In this document: piece by piece, positions 1 to 12,300 of the stretch
Layout: every line of letters begins with the position of its first letter
Position numbering within the stretch: the first letter of the stretch is position 1
NCBI RefSeq assembly: GCF_006345805.1
Contig: NC_042999.1
Location: 152,148,001 to 152,212,000, forward strand
DNA: 64,000 bases
Source: Octopus sinensis
Taxonomy: Eukaryota
Reading direction: 5' to 3'
Notes under the pieces: model-generated
What the model saw: the letters and a program-made list of their open reading frames with translations, nothing else
What the model was told of the DNA's origin: nothing
The model's database searches: none
Made by a program: the position numbers and the translations under genes

Positions 1-340
1 TTCTTAGGCATAACACTACTGTATTTTGTAGGTACTCTAACAGATTAGAATTTTCTCAGGAGAGGGATAGACATTAAAGAAGAAAAAATACCATCATCCC
101 ATGAAGCAATACAAACAGAATGACCTTGCTAACAGGACAACCTTGGAAAGTTCTTATCAGATGAAAAAAATAAGAAAGTCAGATATTTATGGTACACAAT
201 GAGAATCCTATGACATGCTTTGATGATATTTCTATTTCAGTGAAGGGATATCGTCAGCTAAGGAAAAAAATCATAGAAATAGTTGACATGGGAAGTCATT
301 TCAGCAAGTGAGATTACTAGCTATTATTATTGAAATAAGT

Positions 341-570
341 TCAACCCATTTGTTACTGTATTTATTTTGAGATGCTCTGTGTTTCTTTCAATTAATTTTA
401 AATGTAACAAAGAATTTAGTAAAATAACTTAGTTATCATTAAGCTAATGTTGGGAACATAAATTGTGACTAAGGTTTGGTGGAAGATTTTAATTCAAAAC
501 TTATGGAAACAAAACATTTGTACTACAGAGCCAGAGGCAGTTTCAGCCGAGTTAGTATTGTAAGGGTTAA
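341..570. mobile_element. MITE family 1 (about 230 bp, TTAA-CCCT termini, piggyBac-like)
   Basis: The body matches copies at 17174, 17433 and 52138; the termini approximate TTAACCCTTTCGTTACC / GGTAACGAAAGGGTTAA. Confidence 0.7.
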
Positions 571-3500
571 CCAGGGTTAACCTTTTGATAGTAGTCTGTC
601 TGAAACTGCCTCTCACTCAAAGATTCAAAACCTTTTGTTTTAAAGGACTTTCTATCTATATTAAAAGCTTCCAATATAACAAAAGACTCATGCTCTCAAC
701 TACTACCCTCATATAACAATCTATCTGTACCTCATCATACTTTGCCTTCTGTCATCATCTCACATGAACTCATCTCACTCTCTCCCAATCTCCTTTCAGT
801 CATGAGAACTCATTTGTCTTTCTTGCAAGTTACAAGGTAACCTCATGAGTGCTGGTGCCATAGAAAAAGTATTTGCCAGACTTTGTAAAGTGGTTGGCAT
901 TAGGATAGGCATTACAGTTGTGGAAACTTTGCGAAAACCGAGATACTGGAGTCCTGCACCTTGTCAGACCTTGTTGAGTGTCCAACCTATGCCAGCATGT
1001 TAACTGGATAAATGGTGGTGGTGGTGGTAGTGGCAGTAGCAGCTATTGTACCAATTCCAGTTGAAGTACGAGGTTGTTAGTTCTTTTACTAAACAGTTTT
1101 AAAATGTTGTTTATTTTTTCCAGTTAACTGAAATATGGTCATAGAAGGGTTGAATATCCCCTATAATGACAAGTTACCAACTCTTACTGGATTGTGACAT
1201 TATAAAGGGGAAAATTGAAACCTTACATCAGAAATGAAAATTCTTGAATTCTAACCTAGATTATTGACAATTAGAAAATATACCATTGTAACCATATTAC
1301 TACTTCATAATATAATGTTAATAGATTTAAATAATCAAATTATACTAAAATATTTTCTAATATTATCACTTTTAGATTTCTCTCGTGGACAGATGTGAGA
1401 AAGATATGAACATTGAAACTTTGGAATAGGTCATTAGGGAGACGTTGAGAGAGGAACATGTTCTAAACCAATTCTTAACTTCTTTACTTTAAATAGCATA
1501 AATTATATTGCATCCAGAAATAATGAGCTAACCTCTGTTCAGTTTGTTAAAGAAAGTAGCAGCTGACTATTCTGCAAACCACACTCTCTTGACTAAGATA
1601 AAGAAAGATGTATTGTCCATTGGACAAAGTATAATTTTTGATATTTCAAAAACTGACATGGTCGTGTCTGGAATATTTTGCTTCTCCTGAGCTGACCTGG
1701 GGCTAAACAACATCAACAGCAACAACATAAATATGACAATGTAGAAAAGTTATTGGATAGAGCTTATGAACTTATGCAGTGTGTTATGTTTGTTGAATTC
1801 TAATTTCCAGTTAATAGTTGCTTAAACTTTGTAAAATCAATGATTCTGGTTAAGTAACTTTTATCGGTCTCACTGAAGCAGCAAAAATACAGGTTAGAGC
1901 TTTCATATGACCTCTATTATGTAACAACCACATCTCTCGATTAGCTTACAACTAACTAATTGTTGGAAACCACATGTGACATTATTTAAAGCCTAGGGCA
2001 ATAGTGTCTCCCCTACCCAACAAAAATGTTATAGTTACTGGTGAAACAGTTGATCAAATATTGAAGTTCACCCTAGTAAATAATCTGGAAACTACACTTA
2101 TGACCTCTCCTTAAAATCTCTCTGTAATACTTCAACTTTTAGAAATCTGGTGTATATTAAACCTGATGCTTGATATCAGGTTTAATATACACTAACTTTG
2201 TAAAAGAAATAATATTCTTAGCAACAAATAGTCACCATAACCAACCAAAATGAAAGTAAATGCAGTTATGATCTTAGTTAATAAGAGGAGTCTCACCAGC
2301 ACTGTATGGGTTACAAATGAATAAATATATGGAGTTATGGTTGTATTGTTAGGCAGTTCACTTCCCAACATATATGGCTTCAGGTTCAGTCCCACTGTGG
2401 CACCATGGGCAAGTGTTTTTTATAGTCCCAGATGAGCCAAAGCCTTGTGATTTTAATAGATGGAAACATTAAAAAAGCCAGTTGTACATGTGTATGTGTA
2501 TCTGTGTATGTTTGTATGTGAGTGAGTTCTTATATTTCCTCTTGTCCTTGTGTGTGATTGCTGATTGTAAACAATGGCCTTGCAAGCAAACAGAGTTGTT
2601 TGCTTGCAATCCATCACAAAAGTTTGTCTTGGTTTCTTGACATGTCTTGACATGTTGCCTGGTGTTTGTAAACAAAAGACTTATTATTCTACTGGTGCTG
2701 TGTGTTTCTAGTATTCTACATAACGATGTCCAGGCTGATTGTTGTTCCATATTGACTGGAATAGTTTAACTTCACTTGGGAAATACGCAGTAGTTGGTGT
2801 CACAAAGGTCATCCAGCCATAGAAAATTCTGTCCCAACTAACCTTCATTTGACTCATGCAAGCATGGAAAAATAAATTTTAAAGCAATAGTGATGCTGTT
2901 GCTGATGATGAAGAAGAAGAAGCATTTCCTTAAGTATTTAGTTTCATTATAAAATTTATCCCCTTGGATGCATTTCCAGCAGTTTAAGATGAAGATCTAA
3001 TTGATTTTGTTATTACTTAATGATTCACCAACTAGGATCAGCTTACCTTTCCTTCCCAGGGTGACAATAATGGTGGAGTGCTACTGCTTAACGAGTAAAC
3101 AAATGTGGGCCTTGGCTCTCATAATAAATAAGGGTTCAAAGGTTGACAGCAGTTACTGGTTATTTGTTAAGATTTTATCCTTAAGAATAATCCAGTGTTT
3201 ATTTGTAATTTACCCATAAAAAAATAAATAAATAAATGAATAAATAAATGAAATCAGATTAATTGAGAAATTTTAATTATCCTGGGACCTATAATATTTG
3301 ATTTAGATCAATGACCAGCAAGCTTCTTAATATCATTGACCCTTCATGGAATTGTTAATAACTTACTGAACCCCATCATGCAAATTTCCAAAATTGAATT
3401 AAAAAGTATAATTAATTACAAATTTTTTGATTTAAAAACAATAATTTCATCATTTTAATAAGAAATATTTAAAGAAATTTTATAAAAATGCTTAATAAAA

Positions 3501-5108
3501 TTGATAAAGAACAATAAAATTCAGTTGTATTGTTATTGATTTAGTCAGAATATTAAATGTGAAATATGTGTTTTGTGAGTACAAGTCATTGCATTGATAT
3601 ATATTTCTTGGTTGCCCACAGGGGACTAAACATAGAGGGGACAAACAAGGACAGGCAAAGGGATTAAGTTGATTACATTGACTCCAGTGTGTGCTTAGCA
3701 GCATTTTGTTTGCTGTTGCGTCCTGAGTTCAAATTCTGCCAAGGTTGACATTGCTTTTCATCCTTTCAGGGTCGATTAAATAAGTACCAGTTACACACTG
3801 GAGTCGATGTAATCGACTTAATCGACTTGTCATGCTAACGATTCTTTTCTAATCTAGGCACAAGGTGCAACATTTTTGGGGAGAGGAGGGCCAGGCAATT
3901 AGATTGACCCCAGTACACAACTGGTACTTAATTTATCAACCCCAAAAGGATGAAAGGCAAAGTCGACCTTGGCGGAATTTGAACTCAGAACATAAAGACA
4001 GATGAAATACCGCTAAGCATTTCGCCCAGCATGCTAACGATTCTGCTAGCTCGCCATTCTTTGCAATGATATTTGGCTAGAAATTAGTGAGTTTTAACCT
4101 TAAATTATTGAGCTCTTGCAGATTTAGTTCACCCATAATCCAGCACCCTAAATGTTAAAATTGTTGCAAGTGTTTGTTGATCTCTTGGATAGTTACATAG
4201 ATCTGCATGGGGTGGGGGTGGGGATCTATTGACCATTTTTTCATGATCTCTGAGTTAGATCAACTGATCTGAATGAACATTGTTGGAGTTATTTGTTACT
4301 CACGTAAAGTAACCATTCTTAAGAATCAACCATTTCAATAACAGATCAGATCCAAATATAACTGTATTCCAATAGACTTATGTATATGTGCTTTTGTGTG
4401 TGTGTGTACATAAATTAGCAGCTGGTAACTGTTTCATACTCTGTTGCATACATGCTATAGTTTTCCTACTCATCAGAACTCCATAAGTACAGCACATCCA
4501 TCCTTAGGCATTATGGAGAACAAAGGAGAATGGAATTTCATTGGACAAACAAAATAATAGGGAAAAATACGAGAGGAGAGGGTGATCAAGTCACTTGCAA
4601 TGAAGTCCTTTTTTCTATAGGGGTTTTGTTGGGAAGGAGAGTCAATCACATTGGCCCCAGTGTTTCACTGGTACTTAATTTATCGACCCCAAAAGGATGA
4701 AAAGCAAAGTCAGCCGTGGCAAAATTTGAACTCAGAACATTCAGACATGTTTGTTTTTCTTTTTTCATTTTCTCCCATTTTAAAAATCTTTTTTCCCTTT
4801 TTCTGTCTTGTAAGTTACTTGGTAATCTCGCTTGTGCCAATGGCACCAAAAAGCACCCAATACACTCGCTAAAGTGGTTGGTGTCGGGAAGCGCATCCAG
4901 CTGAAGAAACCATGCTGAAGCTGATACTGAAGCTCAGCACAGCCCTGCATCTCACTGGATCTTGTCAAGGCATCCAACTCATGCCAGCATGGAAAATGGA
5001 CATCAAAGGATAATGAGGATAATGAAGATTATAATGAAACATTATTTTCTATTTTCTTAATTAGAGAGAAAAACTGTGTCCAGCAATTGTCCTTAATCTA
5101 TTATAACT

Positions 5109-5475
5109 TCATCATCATCATCATTTAACGTCCGCTTTCCATGGGTTGGACAATTTGACTGAGGTCTGGCGAACCAGATGGCTGCATTAGACTCCAATCT
5201 GATCTGGCAGAGTTTCTACTGCTGGATACCCTTCCTAACGCCAACCACTCTGAGAGTGTAGTGGGTGCTTTTATGTGCCACTGGCATGAGGGCCAGTCAG
5301 GCAGTACTGGCAACGGCCACGCTCAAATGGTGCTTTTTATGTGCCACCTGCACAAGAGCCAGTGCAGCGGCACTGGCAACGACCTTGCTCAAATGTTTTT
5401 TTACACGTGCCACCAGCACAAATGCTAGTAACACAGGTAACGATCATGCTCAAATGGTGTGTTTAATGTGCCATC
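5109..5475 (-). mobile_element. Representative dispersed RTE-type 3' tail; further copies near 14075, 21950, 23200, 28125, 42130, 48850, 53586 and 61975
   Basis: Recurrent core ggagtggttggcgttaggaagggcatccagctgtagaaac...cccatgccagcatggaaa + (atg)n on either strand. Confidence 0.75.
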
Positions 5476-6849
5476 AGTTGCTGTGGAACATTATTACTCA
5501 ATGAGCTGGAAGACATTAGTATGCTGGGCAAAATGCTTGGTGGTATGTCATCCATCTTTAGGTTCTGAGTTCAAATTCTGCTGAAGTTGACTTTACCTTT
5601 CATCCTTTCTGGGTCAATAAAAAGTAAGTACCAGTTGAGCACTGGGGTCAACATAATCAATTGGCCCCATCCCCCAAAATTTCAGGCCTCGTGCATATGG
5701 TAGAAGGGATTATTACTTGATGATGTTAAAAAAAAAAGGGGGCTTAGAAAAAGAAAGAAAAGAAGCAAAACGAAAAGCATAGTTCCAAAGGGTTCCTTAC
5801 GCCATCATTTTTTCTTTTTCTTTTTTTTTTGTTTTGTTATTTCCTTCAAAGTAAGAATCTGTTGATTTGGATTTAATTGGACATATGATCACTTTCCCCA
5901 CCTATTTTCTCCATCACTTGCTCCCACTCTTCTTTCCTCCCCCTGCAACTCCCATCCCACCTTATTTCTCTCTCTCTCTCTCTCTCTCTTCTAATCTCTG
6001 TTCAATTTTCCCTGCCACTTCAGCTGGGTTGAATCAACATGGAATTTTTTTTTATCAGTTCTTCACTGTTTTTGTTGGCTTCACTGAAAATTTGTTGCCA
6101 TTGAACAACAGCTGCAGATTTTGCTTTTCATTATATCCGACCCCTCTCTCTATTACAGACTTTCTTCCTTACCCTCTGTGTGTATTTATATATATATATA
6201 TGCACACACACATATATATATACATATATATACACATATACATACATATATACATACATATATATACACACACATATATATACATATATGTATATACATA
6301 CATACATACATACATACATACATGTCTATATGCACAGTGAAGAGGAACACTCCATATCTCATTTTTCAATTGCTTCATCAGACAGAGAGCTGTGTTTACA
6401 GCTAATTTCTTACCTTTTCTTTTCCAAGATGTCTGATTTTCTTGCCCCTTGATCATTTATTTATTTTTTTTTTTACTTTTTCTTTGTCAGCACAGATGTT
6501 TGTGGAGAGGGTGAGAGTTGTTTCTAAATGTTGCAGTTCCAAAAACCTGTATAGGTAGCCTTTGGTTCTTCTTATATATTTATGTACCTTTAGCATCTGT
6601 TTATCTAACATTCCTGTTGTTCATGGAATCTTTTTGGTGACTTGATAATAAATTTGGAATTTTCAAGTTTGAAAGAACTTTAAGATGCAAGAGATTCTCA
6701 GACTGATAGGCACTTGATACCCCACCCCTTATCCATTAAAAACATTAATGAGTGAAAGCTTTTGTCCCCCACCAACCTTCTTTATTAATGAGAAAACGAA
6801 ACAACATTTGTATATGTACAATTATTCATTCTTTGTTGTAGTATCAGAT

Positions 6850-7576
6850 CAATGGTTCCCAACCATTTTTTACCTATGGACCTCTTTGATTTCTATTTCC
6901 TTGGTGGACCTTCACAGTCAATCAATGTTTAAAACAATCTTGTTGTATTTGTATAATTCAAAATTATCAGGAATTGTAAGGTGGTGAGCTGGCAGAGACA
7001 TTAGCATGCCAGACGAAATGCTTAGCAGTATTTTGTCAGTCTTTGTGTTCTGAGTTCAAATTCTGCCAGAGTTGACTTTGCCTTTCATCGTTGCGGAGTC
7101 AATAAATTAAGTACCAGTTGCATACTGGAAGCGATCTAATTGACTGGCCTCCTCCCCCCAAATTTTGGGCCTTTTGCCTAGAGAAGAAAAGAATATTGTT
7201 TTTCCTTAAGGCGACGAGCTGGCAGAAACACTAGCATGCTGGGTGAAATGCTTAGCAGTATTTCATCTGTCTTAATGTTCTGTGGCATTTCATCTGTCTT
7301 TACATTCTGAGTTCAAATTCTGCTGAGGTCTACTTTGCCTTTCATCCTTTCAAGGTTGATAAAATAAGTACCAGGTGAACACTAGGGTTGATGTAATTAA
7401 TTTAATCCTTCCTCTAAATGTGCAGGCCTTCTGCCAAAATTTGAAACCAATATTATAAATATTTTTAATATTTTGTGTATTGTAGAAATATTACCAGTTT
7501 ATTGCACATAAAATTTTAACAAAAAAATCTCATATGGACCCCCAAGGGTCATGTGGACCCTGGTTGAGAACCACTA
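6850..7576. mobile_element. hAT-type MITE interrupted by SINEs (about 6975-7450)
   Basis: TIRs caatggttcccaacc / ggttgagaaccacta; flanking 8-mers tatcagat / tattagat (7 of 8 match), consistent with an 8-bp hAT TSD. Confidence 0.65.
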
Positions 7577-8950
7577 TATTAGATAGATTTAATAAAATTT
7601 AAAAACCATCTCAACTCTTTTGCTATCAACTCTTTTTAGATCACTCTTGGTTCTTTGAAATAAATTTGCTTTTTTTATGTAATCGAAATTAAAACCTTCC
7701 ATTAACGTTTTGTGTTAATCTATATTCCAAACACCAGTTTTGGTAGTGACAGAGTTATTTTATTCGGTTCTTTTTTTTTAAAAAACAAACAATTGAAACA
7801 AAGGCAGTGTTTTTTGATAAAAATATAGTAACAAAAAGGATAACCATGGCAATTTGCCTACCTACTTTTCAAACTTCATTCCACGCCCACCTTGTCCAAG
7901 AGAAACATTGCAAGAAGAGATTATTTTTGCCTTTGAACTAAGACTATCCATTATATGATAATACTAGTTCAGCATTATTGATAAAACATTATTTGAAGCA
8001 TAAGATTTATCAACAAATGATTTATAATGAAAGAAGGAGAGATGTCATCTATTTCTTACTTTGTTGTTTAAATTTCACTACCATTAACTTTGTATTTTAA
8101 CATAGCTGTTCTGGTTTAGCCCTAGGTCAGTTTCAATAAAGCAAGCTTATGATCAAGAGCATTCCATTTGTAATCATGTTATTTTTCAGTCTCAGTGTAC
8201 CCAAGACCAACTACATTGGTGAATGTGTTTTTGTAAGATGGTTTTTACTTAAGAGAGATTTAACTGTTATTTCTATTCCCAACAGGTTAAGCAACCATGT
8301 CAAAGCTCTTTCAGTAGCTTAGTTTATATGTCAAGTATTTAATTATTTTTTCATTATCTTTTCACTTTCCAGATTCTTTTAAAAGTTTGAATCAAACCTA
8401 AGTGTTTTCTATTGTTCTCTTGGTACATAAGGAGTCAAAAAGCATTTGCAGGTCTCTTTCTTAATGATAATTACTCATAAAACAGAACCCACTTGTAACT
8501 ACTTAAATGATTTATAACCACTTAAATCGCTATGAAGCACAATTCTAAGCTGATGGTTTTGCTTGAATTTTTACTATAGATCAATTAAAAACTCAATTGT
8601 TAGCAATTTTGCACACCAGCTACAAACTGTGTTTTTTATTGCAATTATTTTCCTCACACTTCTCAGATTTTACAAAACAATATTGTAATCATTAGTTACT
8701 TTCTTAACGAAAATTTCTCCACTTTGGTGTTAATCATTTAGACATAGTGTAATTTTAACCTGACACTTAATTTATCCATTGTTATTTTTTCTTGTTCCTT
8801 CAAACAGACATGGTACTCCTCTAGTAGGCTTCATCTTAATGTTAACCTCTTCATTCTTGATATGTGCTTAATTTATGAACTTTTTAATGCTACATTTTGT
8901 TTGTATCATTTATTTTTTTACTAATTCTTTTATTAATTTTTTTTTTCAGA

Positions 8951-8968
8951 ATGGCTAAAAATGGCTAA
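8951..8968 (+). promoter_or_regulatory. Out-of-frame upstream ORF (MAKNG*) overlapping the main start codon
   Basis: ATG GCT AAA AAT GGC TAA is read directly; it arises from the direct repeat atggctaaa at 8951 and 8961. Confidence 0.6.
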
Positions 8969-9394
8969 AGCTGGCCAATACACCTTAAAGGAGAAGATAC
9001 AAGAAGAATTTTTGGAATGTAAAATTTGTTTTGAACCTTATGTGAAACCCAAAGCCCTTCCTTGCTTGCATTCATTTTGTGCAGAATGCCTAAAGGATTA
9101 TGTTCGAAAAAATCCTGACAAAAACGCTATGCGTTTTTGCTGTCCAATTTGCCGGAAGGAGATACCAATGCCACCTAGAGGCATTGATGACTTCCAAGAC
9201 AATTTCTGGCTTCTTAGCCTCTCTAATTCTTTGGAAGAAGGCGAAGATGAATGCCGCACTTCTTGCAATGGGAAAAATGCACGTAGTAATGTGTGGACAA
9301 CTCAAAAATGGAACCACCAAGCAAAAAATGTAACTACAGCATCAAACCCATTGTATCCACCCTCATTCCAAGAACTAAAACTCCGTGGATTTGA
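8961..9394 (+). CDS. Coding exon 1: TRIM-type C3HC4 RING finger plus linker
   Basis: C20-x2-C23-x11-C35-x-H37-x2-C40-x2-C43-x17-C61-x2-C64, followed by [20 protein letters not shown], which resembles the post-RING motif of TRIM2/3/56-like proteins. Acceptor (t)n-cag ends at 8949; donor GA/gtaagt at 9394/9395 (phase 2). Confidence 0.9.
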
Positions 9395-12300
9395 GTAAGT
9401 TGTTCATAATTTTTTTTATTTGATGTTAAGAAACCATTGTTGTGGTGGTCGTCACATTTGCTTTACTTCCTTATAGCTTTGATAAAACTGAATAGCACAA
9501 GAGTACAGTTCTATATTTAAGAGATGAAGAATTATGTACATTATTTACATTCAACAGATATTTGTCCTCATCTTGTTTGTTGTTAACACAACGATTCGGC
9601 TGATATACACTCTAGCCTTCTTCAGGTGTCTTGGGGAAATTTTGAACCTCAAGACACCTGAAGAAGGCTTGGAGGGTATATCAGCTGAAATATTATGTTA
9701 ACAACAAACAAGATGAGGACAAATATTCGTCAAATGTAAATAATGTAGCACAAGAGTATTGTACAAAAATGAGGAAAGTAAACAGTATTAGTTATATATT
9801 GGTTCAATCCAGTTCAGTTGTTTTGTTTTCCTTGCTGAGTCTGGAGGGAGGGGCAATGCGTATGATTTTCTATGTTGTCCACGACTGATAAGCTTGATAT
9901 CATTAATATTCCATTGAAACTGTTGTGAGTCAACTCTGTCAGAGAAGACATGAGCTAGAAGAAGATTGCAGGAGGCCAATGTCCTGGAGGAGGAAGGACT
10001 GGGTATATAGGGTGGTGGTGGATGCAACTAGAGTGATAGAAATGGGGGAAGACTAGTAAGTCAGGGATGCTTGAGTGGAGGAGGTACTAGTCCAGCCACT
10101 TTGTGGAACAGAGGCCATAGTATACAAATATACTTCTCTTCTCCTTCTCCTTTAGAAATCTATGACCTTGTGCTAGTGTATGAAACCATTATTTGGGGAT
10201 GGTCAAGCAGCCTCTGAGACAGTGAGGTTGCTTACTGCTCAATTGAATATCCTTAAAAAAAGTCATGAAGACCCACAATTCCACAGCTAACTCATTTCTA
10301 ATATCCCTTGCACTTCCTTATTAAGACATTATTATTATTACTGCTATTCTTTTTAATTGCTTATTGCTGTAATTGTTGTTGTTGTTAATCTTGTTAATCA
10401 ATTTCCACCATTGATTAGTTTTCAGTTTTCAAAAACAACATTGCTTACAAAAATATAGTAAAAATATAATTTGATCAGATATTCTTATCCTGTGATCTTT
10501 GAACTATTATTATTGAATTTCAAGAGATCAGTCATTTATACGATAACCCGAGTTTATTTAACCCTTCATAACCATATTTCTAATTGAAACATGCTTTCTA
10601 TTTGTTTTTAATCCAAGAATTCAGATGGGTTTAGTAAAATATCATCATTATAGTTTTAATATCTACATAGGCACAGGAGTGGCTGTGTGGTAAGTAGCTT
10701 TCTTACCAACCACATGGTTCTGGGTTCAGTTCCACTGTGAGTGGATTTGGTAGATGGAAACTGAAAGAATCCTGCAGTATGTATATATATATATATATAG
10801 AAGTAGTTGATAGCTTCCGCTACCTAGGAGACCAAGTCAGTAGCGGGGGTGGGTGTGCTGAAAGTGTAACTGCTAGAGTAAGAATAGCTTGGGCAAAGTT
10901 TAGAGAGCTCTTACCCCTGCTGGTGACAAAAGGCCTCTCGCTCAGAGTAAAAGGCAGACTGTATGATGCATGTGTACGTACAGCCATGCTACATGGTAGT
11001 GAAACATGGCCGTGACTGCTGAGGATATGCGTAAGCTTGCAAGAAATAAAGCCAGTATGCTCCGATGGATGTGTAATGTCAGTGTTCATAATCGTCAGAG
11101 TGTAAGTACCTTGAGAGAAAAGTTGAACCTAAGAAGCGTCAATTGTGGTGTGCAAGAGAGACGGCTGCGCTGGTATGGTCATGTGACGAGAATGGCTGTA
11201 GATAGTTTGTGCAAAAGTGCTACACCCTAGCAGTTGAGGGAACCTGTGGAAGAGGTAGACCCAGGAAAACCTGGGACGAAGTGGTGAAGCACGACCTTCG
11301 AACTTTAGGTCTCACCAAGGAAATGACTAGAGACCGAGACCTATGGAAGTATGCTGTGCGTGAGAAGACCCGGCAAGAGTAGTCAGGCCATAACCCGTGG
11401 CCCCTACCTGGGACGTAGTCAGTCCACCTGTGCATACCTTCCTTCTTGTGACACTTGTGAAGACCTGTTGAGGCAAGTGAAAGTGAAAATCAAAATAAAA
11501 TAGATGATCATCAATGGAATTTGTATCTTTGTTACCAGTGCCGGTGGCACACAAGAAAACCATCCAAACGTGGCCGTAGCCAGTACCGCATCGACTGGCC
11601 TCCGTGCTGTGGGCACATAGCAAACACCATCCGATCGTGGCCGTTCGCCAGCCTCATCTGGCACCTGTGTCGGTGGCACATAAAGACACCATCCGAAGAC
11701 CCGGCAAGACTAGTCAGGCCATCACCCGTGGCCCCTACCTGGGACGTAGTCAGTTCACCTGTGCATACCTCCCTTCTTGTGACACTTGTGAAGACCTGTT
11801 GAGGCAAGTGAAAATCAAAAAAATCAAAACAAATCGAAATAGATGAATATCAATGGAATTTGTATCTTTGTGGTACCAGTGCCGGTGGTACACAAGAAAA
11901 CCATCCGAACGTGGCCGTAGCCAGTACTGCATCGACTGGCCTCCGTGCTGTGGGCACGTAACAAACACCATCCGATCGTGGCCGTTCGCCAGCCTCATCC
12001 GGCACCTGTGTCGGTGGCACATAAAAACACCATCCGAAGACCCGGCAAGACTAGTCAGGCCATAATCCGTGGCCCCAACCTGGGACGTAGTCAGTCCACC
12101 TGTGCATACCTTCCTTCTCGTGACACTTGTGAAGACCTTTTGAGGCAAGTGAAAGTGAAAATCAAAATAAAATAGATGAACATCAATGGAATTTGTATCT
12201 TTATGGTACCAGTGCCGGTGGCACACAAGAAAACCATCCGAACGTGGCCGTAGCCAGTACCGCATCGACTGGCCTCCGTGCTGTGGGCACGTAACAAACA

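Noticed and set aside
40-330. Possible very decayed RTE ORF2 remnant (KKVRYLWYTMR)
   Set aside because: Similarity is too weak to call without an alignment.
8780-8830. Alternative acceptor at 8807 with an ATG at 8810
   Set aside because: It leads to immediate stops; it could be a 5' UTR exon but cannot be supported from sequence alone.
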